Source: Bacteroidales bacterium
GTDB taxonomy: Bacteria > Bacteroidota > Bacteroidia > Bacteroidales > VadinHA17
Direction of reading: 5' to 3'
Length of the DNA stretch: 64,000 nt
Assembly (NCBI GenBank): GCA_034004115.1
Contig: JAVEXG010000001.1
Span: 1,153 to 65,152 of the forward strand
In this document: one piece after another, positions 19,235 to 30,502 of the stretch
Layout: the number at the start of each line of letters is the position of its first letter
Numbering within the stretch: position 1 is the stretch's first letter
Program-made: the position numbers and the translations under genes
The notes under the pieces: model-generated
Databases searched by the model: none
The model's input: the letters and a program-made list of their open reading frames with translations, nothing else
What the model was told of the DNA's origin: nothing

Positions 19235-19332
19235 AATAAATTCCCTTTTTCTTACACATTTTTTCCCTTGTTATTTTCACCTGGCCCCCGGATTTAATAT
19301 ATTGCACCCGGTCTCGCTTGCTATTAAATTAT

Positions 19333-19992
19333 ATGGATGCGTTCAGGGAATTTTTCAGGGACTGGTTTGGCTATTCCAGGAGAGAAAGAAGGTCAACCTT
19401 CATTCTTCTCATTTCTATTGTTGTAATAACGGGAATAAGATATCTCTTTCCAATCCATGAAATGACGGTCCGGGAGCTGCCGGTTTCTCAGGAGTGGCTT
19501 TCATCAGACAGCACTGAGGTATATCTGGCGGCATATAGGACAACTGCCTCACGACCAGTGCAGGAACAGGCACGGCGCGCACCTGTCCGACCCAGGCAAC
19601 TGGATCTCAATACCTGCGACTCGGTATCGCTGGAAGCCCTTCCGGGAATAGGCCCGGTACTGGCGGCACGTATAATCAGGTTCAGGAAACTAATTGGCGG
19701 ATATGCTTACGTTGATCAGCTCAGGGAAGTTTACGGACTTCCTGAAGAGACTTTCGTGCTTATCTCGGGCAGGGTAACGGCCGACTCTCTTGATGTTACT
19801 AGGATCAGGATTAATTCAGCCGGCTACGGCGACCTTATCAGGCATCCCTATTTCAAGAAGAACGAGGTGCCTGCTATATTGAAGTACAGGGAGTTAAGTG
19901 GCAGGATCAATGGAACGGGCGAGCTTGTCGGCAATGGTGTCATCTCCGCGGAGACTGCACGCAAGCTTAGTCCTTATCTGGCATTTGACTGA
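19333..19992 (+). CDS. ComEA-like helix-hairpin-helix DNA-binding protein
   Basis: ATG at 19333 (the ORF track gives a TTG at 19318). N-terminal TM anchor. Two HhH-type segments (LEALPGIGPVLAARII..., ...GYGDLIRHPYF). Confidence 0.75.
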   Translation: MDAFREFFRDWFGYSRRERRSTFILLISIVVITGIRYLFPIHEMTVRELPVSQEWLSSDSTEVYLAAYRTTASRPVQEQARRAPVRPRQLDLNTCDSVSLEALPGIGPVLAARIIRFRKLIGGYAYVDQLREVYGLPEETFVLISGRVTADSLDVTRIRINSAGYGDLIRHPYFKKNEVPAILKYRELSGRINGTGELVGNGVISAETARKLSPYLAFD

Positions 19993-20147
19993 TAATTTAA
20001 CCAATTTTTAACACCTTTTTTATTTGGCATCAATGAATATAAACCGTACCTTTAATAAGTCATGGTTTTTATCTGATACTGCATGCAAAGCGTTATTATG
20101 TCAAATAATTTAAATCAAATAAAATGATAAAATTGTCGCCTTAATAT

Positions 20148-20178
20148 TTTGAAAAGATTTTTAATGTGTCTAAATTTG
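20148..20178 (+). promoter_or_regulatory. rpsU promoter (-33 TTTG / -7 TAAATTTG)
   Basis: TTTG at 20148-20151 and TAAATTTG at 20171-20178, separated by 19 nt. The ATG lies 28 nt downstream of the -7 box. Confidence 0.65.
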
Positions 20179-20205
20179 CGCCTCGTTTTAAACTGAATTA
20201 AAATT

Positions 20206-20397
20206 ATGATCATTGTACCAGTAAAAGAAGGCGAAAATATTGAGAGAGCTCTCAAGAAGTTCAAGCGGAAATTTGAAAAAACAGGTGTGATCCGTGAACT
20301 GCGCTCGCGTCAGGCTTTCATCAAACCTTCAGTACGCAAAAGGGAAGAGTTAAAGAAGGCACAGTATGTCCAGAAGTTGCAGGAGAGCGAAGAGTAA
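20206..20397 (+). CDS. rpsU: 30S ribosomal protein S21
   Basis: 63 aa. MIIVPVKEGENIERALKKFKRKFEKTGV... is a canonical bS21 sequence. Confidence 0.97.
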   Translation: MIIVPVKEGENIERALKKFKRKFEKTGVIRELRSRQAFIKPSVRKREELKKAQYVQKLQESEE

Positions 20398-20447
20398 TAC
20401 GCCGTCCTGTTCCTTTTTTTAACAATAACATATAAGGGGGTTCCTTT

Positions 20448-21335
20448 ATGGATCATAAGGAATCGTTCTTACAGTTCCTGAAAATCGAGAAGCGGTACTC
20501 GCCGCACACTGTAAGATCCTATTTAAACGATCTTGATCAGTTCGATAATTACCTTAGGCTGCAAAACCAGTCAGGGAATACGGATGATCTCACTTCCCAT
20601 GATGTAAGGTCATGGATTGTATCTCTTATAGGAGACGGGTATTCCCCTTCCAGTATTCACAGGAAAATTTCGTCGCTCAGAGTCTTTTACAAGTTTCTGA
20701 GGAAGGAGGGTCTGGCAACAGGCGATCCCCTTGAAAAAGTTGTCCTTCCAAAGACAGCAAAGAGGCTGCCTGTTTTTGTAGAGGAGAAGGCTCTCGACAA
20801 GCTGCTTGACGACTGTCAGTTCGAAGATGGATTTAAAGGGATAAAGGACAGGGCAATTATCGAGATGCTCTATTTCACGGGGATGAGAAGGGCGGAACTG
20901 ACAGGTCTTAAAATATCCGACGTCGATCTGACATCTGCATCTGTGAGGGTGACAGGTAAAAGAAACAAGCAGCGGATCATCCCGCTGATTGGTCATTTCG
21001 CAGTGAAGCTGGCTGATTATTCAAGGGCTCGTGATGTTGAGTTTCCGGATATGCCTTCTGAATGGTTTTTTGTTGATGACCGGGGGAACAAGTTGTATGA
21101 TAAATACGTTTATAATACAGTGAGGAAATACCTGGCAATGGTAACTACAATCGAGAAGAAAAGCCCCCATGTGCTCAGGCACACTTTTGCCACCCATATG
21201 CTTAACCACGGGGCGGACCTGAATTCAATCAAGGAATTCCTGGGTCATGCCAATCTTTCAGCTACTCAGATTTATACGCATAATTCATTTGAGAAACTCA
21301 GGAGAATATATAAACAGGCTCATCCAAGAGCTTAA
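20448..21335 (+). CDS. xerC: tyrosine recombinase XerC/XerD family
   Basis: 295 aa. N-terminal SAM-like domain, and a catalytic R...HxxR...Y pattern (HVLRHTFATHML...GHANLSATQIYTH). It sits in the rpsU-xerC-hpf context typical of Bacteroidota. Confidence 0.88.
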   Translation: MDHKESFLQFLKIEKRYSPHTVRSYLNDLDQFDNYLRLQNQSGNTDDLTSHDVRSWIVSLIGDGYSPSSIHRKISSLRVFYKFLRKEGLATGDPLEKVVLPKTAKRLPVFVEEKALDKLLDDCQFEDGFKGIKDRAIIEMLYFTGMRRAELTGLKISDVDLTSASVRVTGKRNKQRIIPLIGHFAVKLADYSRARDVEFPDMPSEWFFVDDRGNKLYDKYVYNTVRKYLAMVTTIEKKSPHVLRHTFATHMLNHGADLNSIKEFLGHANLSATQIYTHNSFEKLRRIYKQAHPRA

Positions 21336-21365
21336 TTATTAATTAATTAAACAGGAGGGACCATC

Positions 21366-21665
21366 ATGAACATTCAGATTCACTCAGTGCGGTTTGATGC
21401 CGATAAGAAACTAATTGATTTTGTTCACCAGAAACTGGATAAACTTATCCAGATAGGTGATGGAATTGTTAATGCTGAAGTGTACCTGAGGCTTGATAAG
21501 GATCAGGAGCGTAAGAATAAAATTACGGAAATCAAGCTTGATCTGAGGGGAGCACCCATGTTTGCCAAAAAGCAAAGCAAGACTTTCGAGGAGGCTACCG
21601 ACCAGGCTATTGATGCTCTTAAGAAGCAGATTACCAAATACAATCAGAAGAAGAGAGGAGCATAG
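21366..21665 (+). CDS. hpf: ribosome hibernation factor (HPF/RaiA family, short form)
   Basis: 99 aa. MNIQIHSVRFDADKKLIDFV... sigma-54-modulation/S30EA pattern. It is preceded by AGGAGG at 21353-21358. Confidence 0.9.
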   Translation: MNIQIHSVRFDADKKLIDFVHQKLDKLIQIGDGIVNAEVYLRLDKDQERKNKITEIKLDLRGAPMFAKKQSKTFEEATDQAIDALKKQITKYNQKKRGA

Positions 21666-21696
21666 TTTAGGTCGGTTCAAAAAAAAAATCGATAAT

Positions 21697-21728
21697 TTTG
21701 ATAAATGAAATTTAAATTCATACATTTG
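21697..21728 (+). promoter_or_regulatory. promoter of the tRNA-tuf cluster (-33 TTTG / -7 TACATTTG)
   Basis: TTTG at 21697-21700 and TACATTTG at 21721-21728, separated by 20 nt. The first tRNA starts about 50 nt downstream. Confidence 0.65.
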
Positions 21729-21779
21729 CAAACCGATTTTGGAGGGTATGTAATGGCCTGTCGGGACGTTCTTTAAATT

Positions 21780-21853
21780 GCCGATGTAGCTCAGTTGGCC
21801 AGAGCAGCTGATTTGTAATCCGCAGGTCGGGGGTTCGAATCCCTTCATCGGCT
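21780..21853 (+). tRNA. tRNA-Thr (anticodon UGU)
   Basis: Hand-folded cloverleaf. Acceptor GCCGATG/CATCGGC, D arm GCTC..GAGC, anticodon loop TTTGTAA, T arm GGGGG-TTCGAAT-CCCTT. One U-C mismatch in the anticodon stem. Confidence 0.9.
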
Positions 21854-21900
21854 CTTGAAAGAGTTGCATTTGTATGTCTTGGGAGATATACTCTGTTTAA

Positions 21901-21983
21901 GGGGAGATACCAAAGTGGCCAACTGGGGCAGACTGTAAATCTGCTGGCTGATGCCTTCGTAGGTTCGAATCCTGCTCTCCCCA
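21901..21983 (+). tRNA. tRNA-Tyr (anticodon GUA), long variable arm
   Basis: Acceptor GGGGAGA/TCTCCCC, anticodon stem-loop GCAGA-CTGTAAA-TCTGC, T loop TTCGAAT. Confidence 0.92.
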
Positions 21984-22051
21984 CTTAAACGGAGAAACCG
22001 CATCTAGTACAGATTGTATTGTACTGATATGGAACTCTGCAGATGATATTA

Positions 22052-22124
22052 AGCGGGAGTAGCTCAGTTGGTAGAGCATTAGCCTTCCAAGCTAAGGGTC
22101 GCGGTTTCGAGTACCGTCTCCCGC
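22052..22124 (+). tRNA. tRNA-Gly (anticodon UCC)
   Basis: Acceptor GCGGGAG/CTCCCGC, anticodon stem-loop TTAGC-CTTCCAA-GCTAA, T loop TTCGAGT. Confidence 0.92.
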
Positions 22125-22136
22125 TCACTTTTTTGA

Positions 22137-22209
22137 GGCCAGAGTAGCTCAGGGGTAGAGCACTTCCTTGGTAAGGAAGGGGTCGGGGGTTCAATTCCCC
22201 CCTCCGGCT
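22137..22209 (+). tRNA. tRNA-Thr (anticodon GGU), slightly irregular fold
   Basis: Anticodon stem-loop CTTCC-TTGGTAA-GGAAG, D arm GCTC..GAGC, T arm GGGGG-TTCAATT-CCCCC. The acceptor GCCAGAG/CTCCGGC has an A-C mismatch, and the C7 run leaves one extra C at the T-stem/acceptor junction. Confidence 0.8.
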
Positions 22210-22269
22210 CAACGAAACAATGATGACAAAACTGATATAAATAAACTTAAATTTAATAAGCTTGGAGTT

Positions 22270-23457
<1,188 letters not shown>

Positions 23458-23476
23458 GAGTTTTGGATATATCAGT

Positions 23477-23507
23477 GCAGCATCATTCTCGTAATGATGC
23501 TGCTTTG
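23477..23507 (+). terminator. hairpin after tuf (weak terminator or processing signal)
   Basis: 11-bp stem GCAGCATCATT / AATGATGCTGC with a 5-nt loop, followed only by TTTG. tRNA-Trp begins 7 nt later, so read-through or processing is likely. Confidence 0.45.
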
Positions 23508-23513
23508 TCCCAC

Positions 23514-23586
23514 ACGGGTGTAGCTCAGTTGGTAGAGCACTGGTCTCCAAAACCAGGTGTCGGGAGTTCGAGTCTCTCCTCCCGTG
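23514..23586 (+). tRNA. tRNA-Trp (anticodon CCA)
   Basis: Anticodon stem-loop CTGGT-CTCCAAA-ACCAG, T arm GGGAG-TTCGAGT-CTCTC, acceptor ACGGGTG/CTCCCGT with one U-U mismatch. Confidence 0.88.
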
Positions 23587-23603
23587 CTAATTAAAATGTT
23601 AAA

Positions 23604-23795
23604 ATGAATATTAAAGGTTATTTCGCGGAATCTTATACTGAACTGGTCCACAAGGTTACCTGGCCAACCTGGAGCGAATTGCAGAACAGCGGTGTGCTCG
23701 TACTGGTGGCAACTCTCATTATAGCCATTATTGTGGCTCTTATGGACCTTGGATTCAGTAAAGTTATGGAATTCATTTACAGTTTGTTATATTAA
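23604..23795 (+). CDS. secE: preprotein translocase subunit SecE
   Basis: 63 aa with a single C-terminal TM helix. Canonical position between tRNA-Trp and nusG. Confidence 0.92.
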   Translation: MNIKGYFAESYTELVHKVTWPTWSELQNSGVLVLVATLIIAIIVALMDLGFSKVMEFIYSLLY

Positions 23796-23813
23796 ATCAA
23801 GAGGTCAATCCCG

Positions 23814-24362
23814 ATGAGCGAGAATATTAAGAAGTGGTATGTACTTCGTGCTATTGGAGGGAAGGAAAAAAAGGTTAAGGAGTATATAGACAATGAAGTG
23901 GCCCGCCTTAAACTTGAAGAATTTGTCTCTCAGGTACTGATCCCGACTGAAAAAGTATACCAGATACGTTCAGGGAAAAAAATCAGCAAGGAAAGGACTT
24001 TTTTCCCCGGTTATGTATTGGTTGAAGCTGTCCTTACAGGTGAAATCCCTCACCTTCTGAGAAATATTCCAAATGTCATTGGTTTCCTTGGCTCACAGGA
24101 CGGAGAACCGGTGCCCCTCAGAAAACCTGAAATAAACAGGATTCTGGGGAAAGTGGATGAACTGAATGCTAGCGATGAGGAACTGAACGTTCCGTTCTTC
24201 GTCGGAGAATCCGTGAAGGTAATCGACGGACCATTCAACAGCTTCACAGGTATCATCGAGGAGGTAAACGATGAAAAGAAAAAACTCAAGGTAATGGTGA
24301 AAATCTTTGGAAGAAAAACACCCCTTGAACTTAGTTTTATGCAGGTAGAAAAGGAAAATTAA
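23814..24362 (+). CDS. nusG: transcription termination/antitermination factor NusG
   Basis: 182 aa. [16 protein letters not shown]-terminal domain and a C-terminal KOW motif ([21 protein letters not shown]). Confidence 0.97.
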   Translation: MSENIKKWYVLRAIGGKEKKVKEYIDNEVARLKLEEFVSQVLIPTEKVYQIRSGKKISKERTFFPGYVLVEAVLTGEIPHLLRNIPNVIGFLGSQDGEPVPLRKPEINRILGKVDELNASDEELNVPFFVGESVKVIDGPFNSFTGIIEEVNDEKKKLKVMVKIFGRKTPLELSFMQVEKEN

Positions 24363-24445
24363 CTGAAGATATTGACGGTCATGATATTTATAATGCTTCC
24401 TGAATGACCGCCAAGCTTTCGCAATAAACAAGCAAATTTTAAATT

Positions 24446-24883
24446 ATGGCAAAAGAAGTTGCTGGAATTATCAAGTTACAGATTCGTGGCGGAGCAGCTA
24501 ATCCATCCCCACCAGTCGGACCCGCACTGGGCTCCAAGGGTGTGAATATAATGGATTTCTGCAAGCAATTCAATGCCAGGACCCAGGATAAAGCTGGAAA
24601 AGTGATACCGGTCGTTATTACGGTTTATGCCGACAAATCATTTGATTTCGTCACAAAAACCCCGCCGGTCGCAGTTCAGCTTCTCGAGGTTGCCAAATCC
24701 AAAAAAGGTTCAAAGGAACCCAACAGGGATAAGGTGGCATCCGTATCATGGGACCAGGTCAAAACAATTGCTGAGGAAAAGATGGAAGACTTGAACTGTT
24801 TTACAATCGAGTCGGCCATGAAGATGGTAGCTGGTACCGCCAGGAGTATGGGAATCGCTGTTAAAGGCGCCCCAGGTAAATAA
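24446..24883 (+). CDS. rplK: 50S ribosomal protein L11
   Basis: 145 aa. [21 protein letters not shown] signature. Confidence 0.98.
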   Translation: MAKEVAGIIKLQIRGGAANPSPPVGPALGSKGVNIMDFCKQFNARTQDKAGKVIPVVITVYADKSFDFVTKTPPVAVQLLEVAKSKKGSKEPNRDKVASVSWDQVKTIAEEKMEDLNCFTIESAMKMVAGTARSMGIAVKGAPGK

Positions 24884-24899
24884 TTAATAAGTAGAAAAA

Positions 24900-25595
24900 A
24901 TGACTAAACTTACCAAAAACCAGAAGCTTTCCGAAAGTAAGATAGACAGGGAAAAGCTTTATACGTTGACAGAGGCATCGGCACTGGTTAAAGGAATAAC
25001 CACTACCAAATTCGATGCTTCCATCGACCTGGATGTAAGGTTAGGTATCGATCCTAGAAAATCAAACCAGATGGTCCGCGGCGTTGTTTCCCTTCCTCAC
25101 GGAACGGGTAAACAGACACGCGTTCTTGTACTCTGCTCTCCCGACAGGGAAGCTGAAGCACAAGCCGCCGGAGCTGACTATGTGGGCCTTGACGATTATA
25201 TTGAAAAAATCAAGGCAGGTTGGACAGATATTGACGTTATCATAACCATGCCATCCGTGATGGGCAAAGTCGGTCAGTTAGGTCGAATACTCGGTCCGAG
25301 AGGACTGATGCCGAACCCAAAAAGCGGAACTGTCACCATGGAAATTGGCAAGGCTGTTAAAGAAGTGAAGCAGGGTAAGATTGATTTCAAAGTAGACAAA
25401 AGCGGAATCATTCATACCTCTATCGGAAAAGTCTCTTTCGAGCCACAACAGATCGTCGAGAACGCCAGGGAGTTTATCCATATGGTAAACAAACTGAAAC
25501 CGGCTGCAGCAAAGGGTACATATATTAAAAGCGTGTTCCTTTCAAGCACAATGAGCCCGGGGATTAAAGTCGATCCTAAAGGTCTTGATGATTAA
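24900..25595 (+). CDS. rplA: 50S ribosomal protein L1
   Basis: 231 aa. ...[24 protein letters not shown]... signature. Confidence 0.98.
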   Translation: MTKLTKNQKLSESKIDREKLYTLTEASALVKGITTTKFDASIDLDVRLGIDPRKSNQMVRGVVSLPHGTGKQTRVLVLCSPDREAEAQAAGADYVGLDDYIEKIKAGWTDIDVIITMPSVMGKVGQLGRILGPRGLMPNPKSGTVTMEIGKAVKEVKQGKIDFKVDKSGIIHTSIGKVSFEPQQIVENAREFIHMVNKLKPAAAKGTYIKSVFLSSTMSPGIKVDPKGLDD

Positions 25596-25620
25596 TTTGT
25601 AAAGTTAAACTCGAAAAATT

Positions 25621-26142
25621 ATGAGACGGGAAGAAAAAATTGCTATCATAGACAGCCTCGCTGAGATACTAAAGGAGTACAGCCACTTTTATCTGACTGA
25701 CACCGCTCAGTTGAATGCCGCTGACACAAGTGCACTGAGAAGGAAATGCTTCGAAAACGATGTAAAACTTATCGTTGTCAAAAACACTCTCCTGAAAAGA
25801 GCACTCGAAATGTCTGAAGGTAACTTTGAAGAATTGTATCCGATTCTTAAAGGTACTACATCCATCATGTTCACTAATTCCGGAAACACTCCCGCAAAAC
25901 TTATAAAGGAGTTCCGCAAAAGACATGATAAACCTGTTCTGAAAGGCGCTTACGTCCAGGAATCAGTCTTTATCGGCGATCAGATGCTCGATGCACTCGT
26001 TGCCGTCAAGACAAGGGAAGAACTTATCGGAGATCTTATTTTCCTTCTCCAGTCTCCCGCCAGAAACGTTATATCGGCTTTACAGTCAGGTGGAAACACA
26101 TTGCACGGTGTTCTTGAAACACTATCAAAAAAAGAGAATTAA
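25621..26142 (+). CDS. rplJ: 50S ribosomal protein L10
   Basis: 173 aa. Position and sequence pattern are typical of uL10. Confidence 0.95.
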   Translation: MRREEKIAIIDSLAEILKEYSHFYLTDTAQLNAADTSALRRKCFENDVKLIVVKNTLLKRALEMSEGNFEELYPILKGTTSIMFTNSGNTPAKLIKEFRKRHDKPVLKGAYVQESVFIGDQMLDALVAVKTREELIGDLIFLLQSPARNVISALQSGGNTLHGVLETLSKKEN

Positions 26143-26173
26143 TCAAGTAAATCACTTTAAAATCCAATAAAAA

Positions 26174-26551
26174 ATGGCAGATCTTAAGAAATTTGCAGAA
26201 GAACTGGTTAACCTGTCTGTAAAAGAGGTAAACGAACTGGCTAAAATACTCAAAGAGGAATATGGCATTGAACCCGCAGCAGCAGCAGTTGCAGTTGCAG
26301 GCCCCGCCGCCAGCGACGACGCCCCGAAAGTTGAGGAAAAAACCAAATTCGACGTAATCCTCAAGGCAGCAGGTGGTCAGAAATTACAGATCGTTAAACT
26401 GGTTAAGGATATCACCGGTCTCGGACTTAAAGAAGCTAAGGCAGTCGTCGATTCAGCTCCCGGTCCAGTTAAGGAAGGTGTATCAAAAGAAGAAGCAGAA
26501 GCTATTAAAGGTCAATTGGTTGACGCAGGAGCTGAAGTTGAACTTAAATAA
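26174..26551 (+). CDS. rplL: 50S ribosomal protein L7/L12
   Basis: 125 aa. Ala-rich hinge and the C-terminal ...[37 protein letters not shown]. Confidence 0.98.
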   Translation: MADLKKFAEELVNLSVKEVNELAKILKEEYGIEPAAAAVAVAGPAASDDAPKVEEKTKFDVILKAAGGQKLQIVKLVKDITGLGLKEAKAVVDSAPGPVKEGVSKEEAEAIKGQLVDAGAEVELK

Positions 26552-26577
26552 CTATACCTGAATAACGGGTTCCAGGT

Positions 26578-26617
26578 TTAGTCCCGAGTTTTCGGGACTA
26601 AGCCTTTTCGTTCTTTT
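26578..26617 (+). terminator. rplL-rpoB intergenic attenuator/partial terminator hairpin
   Basis: 10-bp stem TTAGTCCCGA / TCGGGACTAA with a GTTT loop, followed by GCCTTTTCGTTCTTTT. An attenuator at this position is well known in other bacteria. Confidence 0.6.
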
Positions 26618-26646
26618 AATTGTAAGTTCACTTAATCCTTTTATAA

Positions 26647-29600
26647 ATGTCTTTAAAAAGTACTGAAAGAATTAGTTTTGCCTCCAGGAAAAACCAGCTC
26701 GACTACCCCGATTTCCTGGAAGTTCAGCTGAAATCATTCAGTGAGTTTTTCCAGCTTGGAACAACTCCTGAAAACAGGAAGAAGGAAGGACTATTTAAGG
26801 TCTTTACGGAAAATTTTCCCATTACCGATACAAGAAATAATTTTGTTCTCGAATTCCTCGATTATTATATCGATCCCCCACGCTACACAATTGATGAATG
26901 TATTGAACGCGGACTGACATTCAGCGTTCCCCTGAAGGCAAAGCTTAAACTCTATTGTACCGACCCGGAACATGAGGATTTTGACACCGTTATCCAGGAT
27001 GTCTACCTCGGTACTGTTCCTTATATGACAGATAGAGGTACTTTCGTCATCAATGGTGCTGAGAGAGTTGTGGTATCGCAGTTGCACAGATCACCCGGCG
27101 TTTTCTTCGGACAAAGCGTCCACGCCAACGGCACAAAATTGTATTCGGCCAGGATAATCCCCTTTAAGGGATCATGGATCGAATTTGCAACCGACATCAA
27201 CAATGTAATGTATGCCTATATCGACAGAAAGAAAAAACTGCCGGTGACAACACTCCTCAGGGCTATCGGATTCGAGAGCGACAAGGAAATCCTGGAGATC
27301 TTCAACCTCGCTGAAGAACACAAAGTTTCCAAGACCAACATCAAGAAGCTTGTCGGACGTAAGCTCGCTGCCAGGGTGCTTAAAACCTGGGTCGAGGACT
27401 TCGTCGACGAGGATACCGGTGAAGTGGTTTCAATAGAAAGAAATGAGGTGATCCTCGACAGGGAAACAGTTATCGAGTCAGATCATGTCGACCTTATTGT
27501 CGATTCCGGAGCAAAGGCAATTCTTCTCCACAGGGAGGATACAAGCCTTTCGGACTTCGCCATTATCTACAATACTCTTCAGAAAGATCCCTGCAACTCC
27601 GAAAAGGAAGCAGTCATTTATATCTACCGCCAGCTTCGTAATGCTGAACCGCCCGATGAGGCAACGGCAAGAGACGTAATCGATAAACTCTTCTTCTCCG
27701 ACAAGAGATATGACCTCGGGGAAGTGGGCCGCTACAGGATCAACAAGAAACTTGGCCTCGAAACCGAAATGACGGTTAAGATACTTACCAGGGAAGACAT
27801 TATAAAGATTATTGGTTACCTGATCGAACTTATCAACTCCAAAACCGAAGTTGATGATATCGACCACCTTAGCAACAGGAGGGTGCGTACCGTAGGCGAA
27901 CAGCTCTATGCTCAGTTCGGTGTCGGTCTTGCACGTATGGCACGTACAATCCGTGAAAGAATGAACGTAAGGGATAACGAGGTTTTTACCCCCGTCGACC
28001 TTATCAATTCAAAAACACTGTCATCCGTTATAAACTCCTTCTTCGGCACAAACCAGCTCTCGCAGTTCATGGACCAGACCAACCCGCTTGCCGAAATGAC
28101 GCACAAGCGCCGTATGTCGGCTCTCGGACCCGGCGGTCTGTCACGCGAAAGAGCAGGATTCGAGGTAAGGGACGTGCACTATACCCACTATGGCAGGCTA
28201 TGCCCCATAGAAACTCCCGAAGGTCCCAATATCGGACTTATCTCTTCCCTTTGCGTTTATGCCAAAATTAATGATCTCGGTTTTATCGAGACTCCTTATC
28301 TGAAGGTGCAGGACGCACAGGTCGATATGAGCGGCGAAGGAATAGTATGGCTAAGCGCCGAAGAAGAAGAGAAAAAAATTATTGCTCAGGCAAATGCCCC
28401 GATTCTCAAGGACGGACATTTTGAAAACCCGAGGGCAAAATGCCGGTACGAAGCTGATTATCCTTTCGAGGAAGTGGAAAAGGTCGACCTGATGGATGTT
28501 GCTCCCAACCAGATAGCATCAATCGCTGCGTCACTTATTCCATTCCTTGAACACGACGATGCAAACAGGGCTCTCATGGGCTCCAACATGATGCGTCAGG
28601 CCGTGCCTCTTATCAATCCCGAAGCTCCGATTGTCGGAACGGGACTCGAGGGCCAGGTTATTCAGGACAGCAGGATACTTTACGCTGCTGAAGGCGACGG
28701 AGTTGTGGAATATGTCGATTCAAACGAAATTGTTGTCAGGTATACAAGATCGGATGAGGAAAAATTCGTGAGTTTCGATGACGATACCAAACGCTACACC
28801 CTGCCCAAATACAAGAAAACCAATCAGAATACCTGTATCAACCTTGTTCCTGTTGTCAGGAAAGGTGAAAAGGTTTCAAAAGGACAGGTGCTTACGGAAG
28901 GTTACGGAACCAAGCACGGTGAACTCGCCCTCGGCAGAAACCTGAAGGTTGCATTCATGCCCTGGAAAGGCTACAACTTTGAGGATGCAATCGTGATCTC
29001 CGAAAGGGTCGTTGAGGAGGATATGTTTACATCAGTCCATATCGACGAATACCTTCTTGAAGTTCGCGATACAAAGCGCGGTCTGGAGGAACTTACTTCC
29101 GATATTCCGAACGTAAGCGAGGAAGCTACCAAAAACCTTGATGAAAACGGTCTGATCAGAATAGGCGCCCATATTATTCCTGGCGATATCCTTATAGGAA
29201 AAATCACACCCAAAGGTGAATCGGATCCCTCACCTGAGGAGAAGCTCCTGAGAGCAATCTTCGGCGACAAAGCCGGTGATGTAAAGGATGCCTCACTGAA
29301 GGCAGGTCCGTCGCTTGAGGGCGTTGTAATCGACAAGAAACTCTTTACCCGCGCAATCAAGGACAGAAAGGCTAAAGCTGTCGAGAAACCGCTTCTCGAT
29401 AAGATTGAAGCTGATTTCCTGAGAAGTACCGATGAACTAAAGGCAAGGCTCGTCGATAAACTCTTCATTCTTGTCAATGGCAAAACTTCACAGGGAGTAA
29501 AGGATTATCTTAACGTCGACGTGATTCCCAAGGGCAGCAAATTCACTCTGAAGCAGCTGCAGGAAATTGACTTCCTAAATGTCAATCCCAACAAGTGGAC

Positions 29601-30456
29601 CACCGACAAAAAGAAAAATGACAGCATAAAGCAACTCCTTCATAACTATATAATCAAGTACAAGGAGATTGACGGTATCTTCAAGCGCAAGAAGTATAAC
29701 ATCACAATAGGGGATGAACTTCCTGCAGGAATTGTACGTCTGGCTAAGGTTTACATAGCCAAGAAACGCAAGGTGAAAGTAGGCGACAAGATGGCCGGCC
29801 GTCACGGGAACAAGGGTATTGTGGCGAAGATTGTTCGCCAGGAAGATATGCCGTTCCTTGAGGATGGCACCCCTGTCGATATCGTACTTAACCCGCTTGG
29901 CGTTCCTTCGAGGATGAACCTCGGACAGATCTATGAGACGGTCCTTGGATGGGCAGGACAAAAGCTTGGCCTTCAGTTCTCTACACCTATTTTCGACGGT
30001 GCCACGATTGAACAGATAACCGAATACACCGAAAAGGCAAAACTTCCACGATATGGCAAGACTTACCTTTACGACGGTGGTACCGGTGAGAGGTTCGACC
30101 AGCCCGCAACAGTTGGTGTGATCTACATGCTTAAGCTGGGACATATGGTTGATGACAAGATGCATGCCCGTTCAATTGGGCCTTACTCCCTCATCACTCA
30201 GCAGCCCCTTGGCGGAAAAGCACAGTTCGGAGGACAGCGTTTCGGAGAAATGGAAGTCTGGGCTCTCGAAGCATTCGGCGCCGCCCATATTCTTCAGGAG
30301 ATACTTACAATTAAGTCGGACGATGTTATCGGCCGTGCAAAGGCTTATGAGTCAATAGTAAAGGGTGAACCGATGCCTCAGCCAGGTATACCCGAATCAC
30401 TGAACGTACTGTTGCACGAGTTGAGAGGACTGGGACTGAGCGTCATACTTGACTGA
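26647..30456 (+). CDS. rpoB: DNA-directed RNA polymerase subunit beta
   Basis: 1269 aa with unmistakable RpoB motifs (e.g. ...[14 protein letters not shown]..., ...[10 protein letters not shown]...). Confidence 0.99.
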   Translation: MSLKSTERISFASRKNQLDYPDFLEVQLKSFSEFFQLGTTPENRKKEGLFKVFTENFPITDTRNNFVLEFLDYYIDPPRYTIDECIERGLTFSVPLKAKLKLYCTDPEHEDFDTVIQDVYLGTVPYMTDRGTFVINGAERVVVSQLHRSPGVFFGQSVHANGTKLYSARIIPFKGSWIEFATDINNVMYAYIDRKKKLPVTTLLRAIGFESDKEILEIFNLAEEHKVSKTNIKKLVGRKLAARVLKTWVEDFVDEDTGEVVSIERNEVILDRETVIESDHVDLIVDSGAKAILLHREDTSLSDFAIIYNTLQKDPCNSEKEAVIYIYRQLRNAEPPDEATARDVIDKLFFSDKRYDLGEVGRYRINKKLGLETEMTVKILTREDIIKIIGYLIELINSKTEVDDIDHLSNRRVRTVGEQLYAQFGVGLARMARTIRERMNVRDNEVFTPVDLINSKTLSSVINSFFGTNQLSQFMDQTNPLAEMTHKRRMSALGPGGLSRERAGFEVRDVHYTHYGRLCPIETPEGPNIGLISSLCVYAKINDLGFIETPYLKVQDAQVDMSGEGIVWLSAEEEEKKIIAQANAPILKDGHFENPRAKCRYEADYPFEEVEKVDLMDVAPNQIASIAASLIPFLEHDDANRALMGSNMMRQAVPLINPEAPIVGTGLEGQVIQDSRILYAAEGDGVVEYVDSNEIVVRYTRSDEEKFVSFDDDTKRYTLPKYKKTNQNTCINLVPVVRKGEKVSKGQVLTEGYGTKHGELALGRNLKVAFMPWKGYNFEDAIVISERVVEEDMFTSVHIDEYLLEVRDTKRGLEELTSDIPNVSEEATKNLDENGLIRIGAHIIPGDILIGKITPKGESDPSPEEKLLRAIFGDKAGDVKDASLKAGPSLEGVVIDKKLFTRAIKDRKAKAVEKPLLDKIEADFLRSTDELKARLVDKLFILVNGKTSQGVKDYLNVDVIPKGSKFTLKQLQEIDFLNVNPNKWTTDKKKNDSIKQLLHNYIIKYKEIDGIFKRKKYNITIGDELPAGIVRLAKVYIAKKRKVKVGDKMAGRHGNKGIVAKIVRQEDMPFLEDGTPVDIVLNPLGVPSRMNLGQIYETVLGWAGQKLGLQFSTPIFDGATIEQITEYTEKAKLPRYGKTYLYDGGTGERFDQPATVGVIYMLKLGHMVDDKMHARSIGPYSLITQQPLGGKAQFGGQRFGEMEVWALEAFGAAHILQEILTIKSDDVIGRAKAYESIVKGEPMPQPGIPESLNVLLHELRGLGLSVILD

Positions 30457-30502
30457 CCTTCCTCTTTATTATTTTAATTAAAGGACAAATAAATTACAGT
30501 AT

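Noticed and set aside
20448-21335. Tyrosine recombinase next to a tRNA cluster as the marker of an integrated mobile element
   Set aside because: It is flanked by rpsU and hpf in an arrangement I recall as conserved housekeeping synteny in Bacteroidota. There are no cargo genes, no direct repeats of tRNA 3' ends and no compositional shift. A XerC/D-type chromosomal recombinase is more likely.
22168-22269. N-terminal extension of the tuf ORF given in the ORF track
   Set aside because: The extension runs through the tRNA-Thr(GGU) gene. The canonical EF-Tu N-terminus [16 protein letters not shown] starts at the ATG at 22270.
24363-24445. Hairpin ACGGTCAT…ATGACCG in the nusG-rplK spacer as an L1/L11 autoregulatory leader or terminator
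   Set aside because: The stem is only 7 bp with a 21-nt loop and no U-tract. I cannot match it to the L1-binding mimic from memory, so it is left uncalled.
29575-30165. 196-aa minus-strand ORF inside rpoB (and the similar 28971..29483 ORF)
   Set aside because: Both are antisense to the most conserved part of rpoB, with no independent support.
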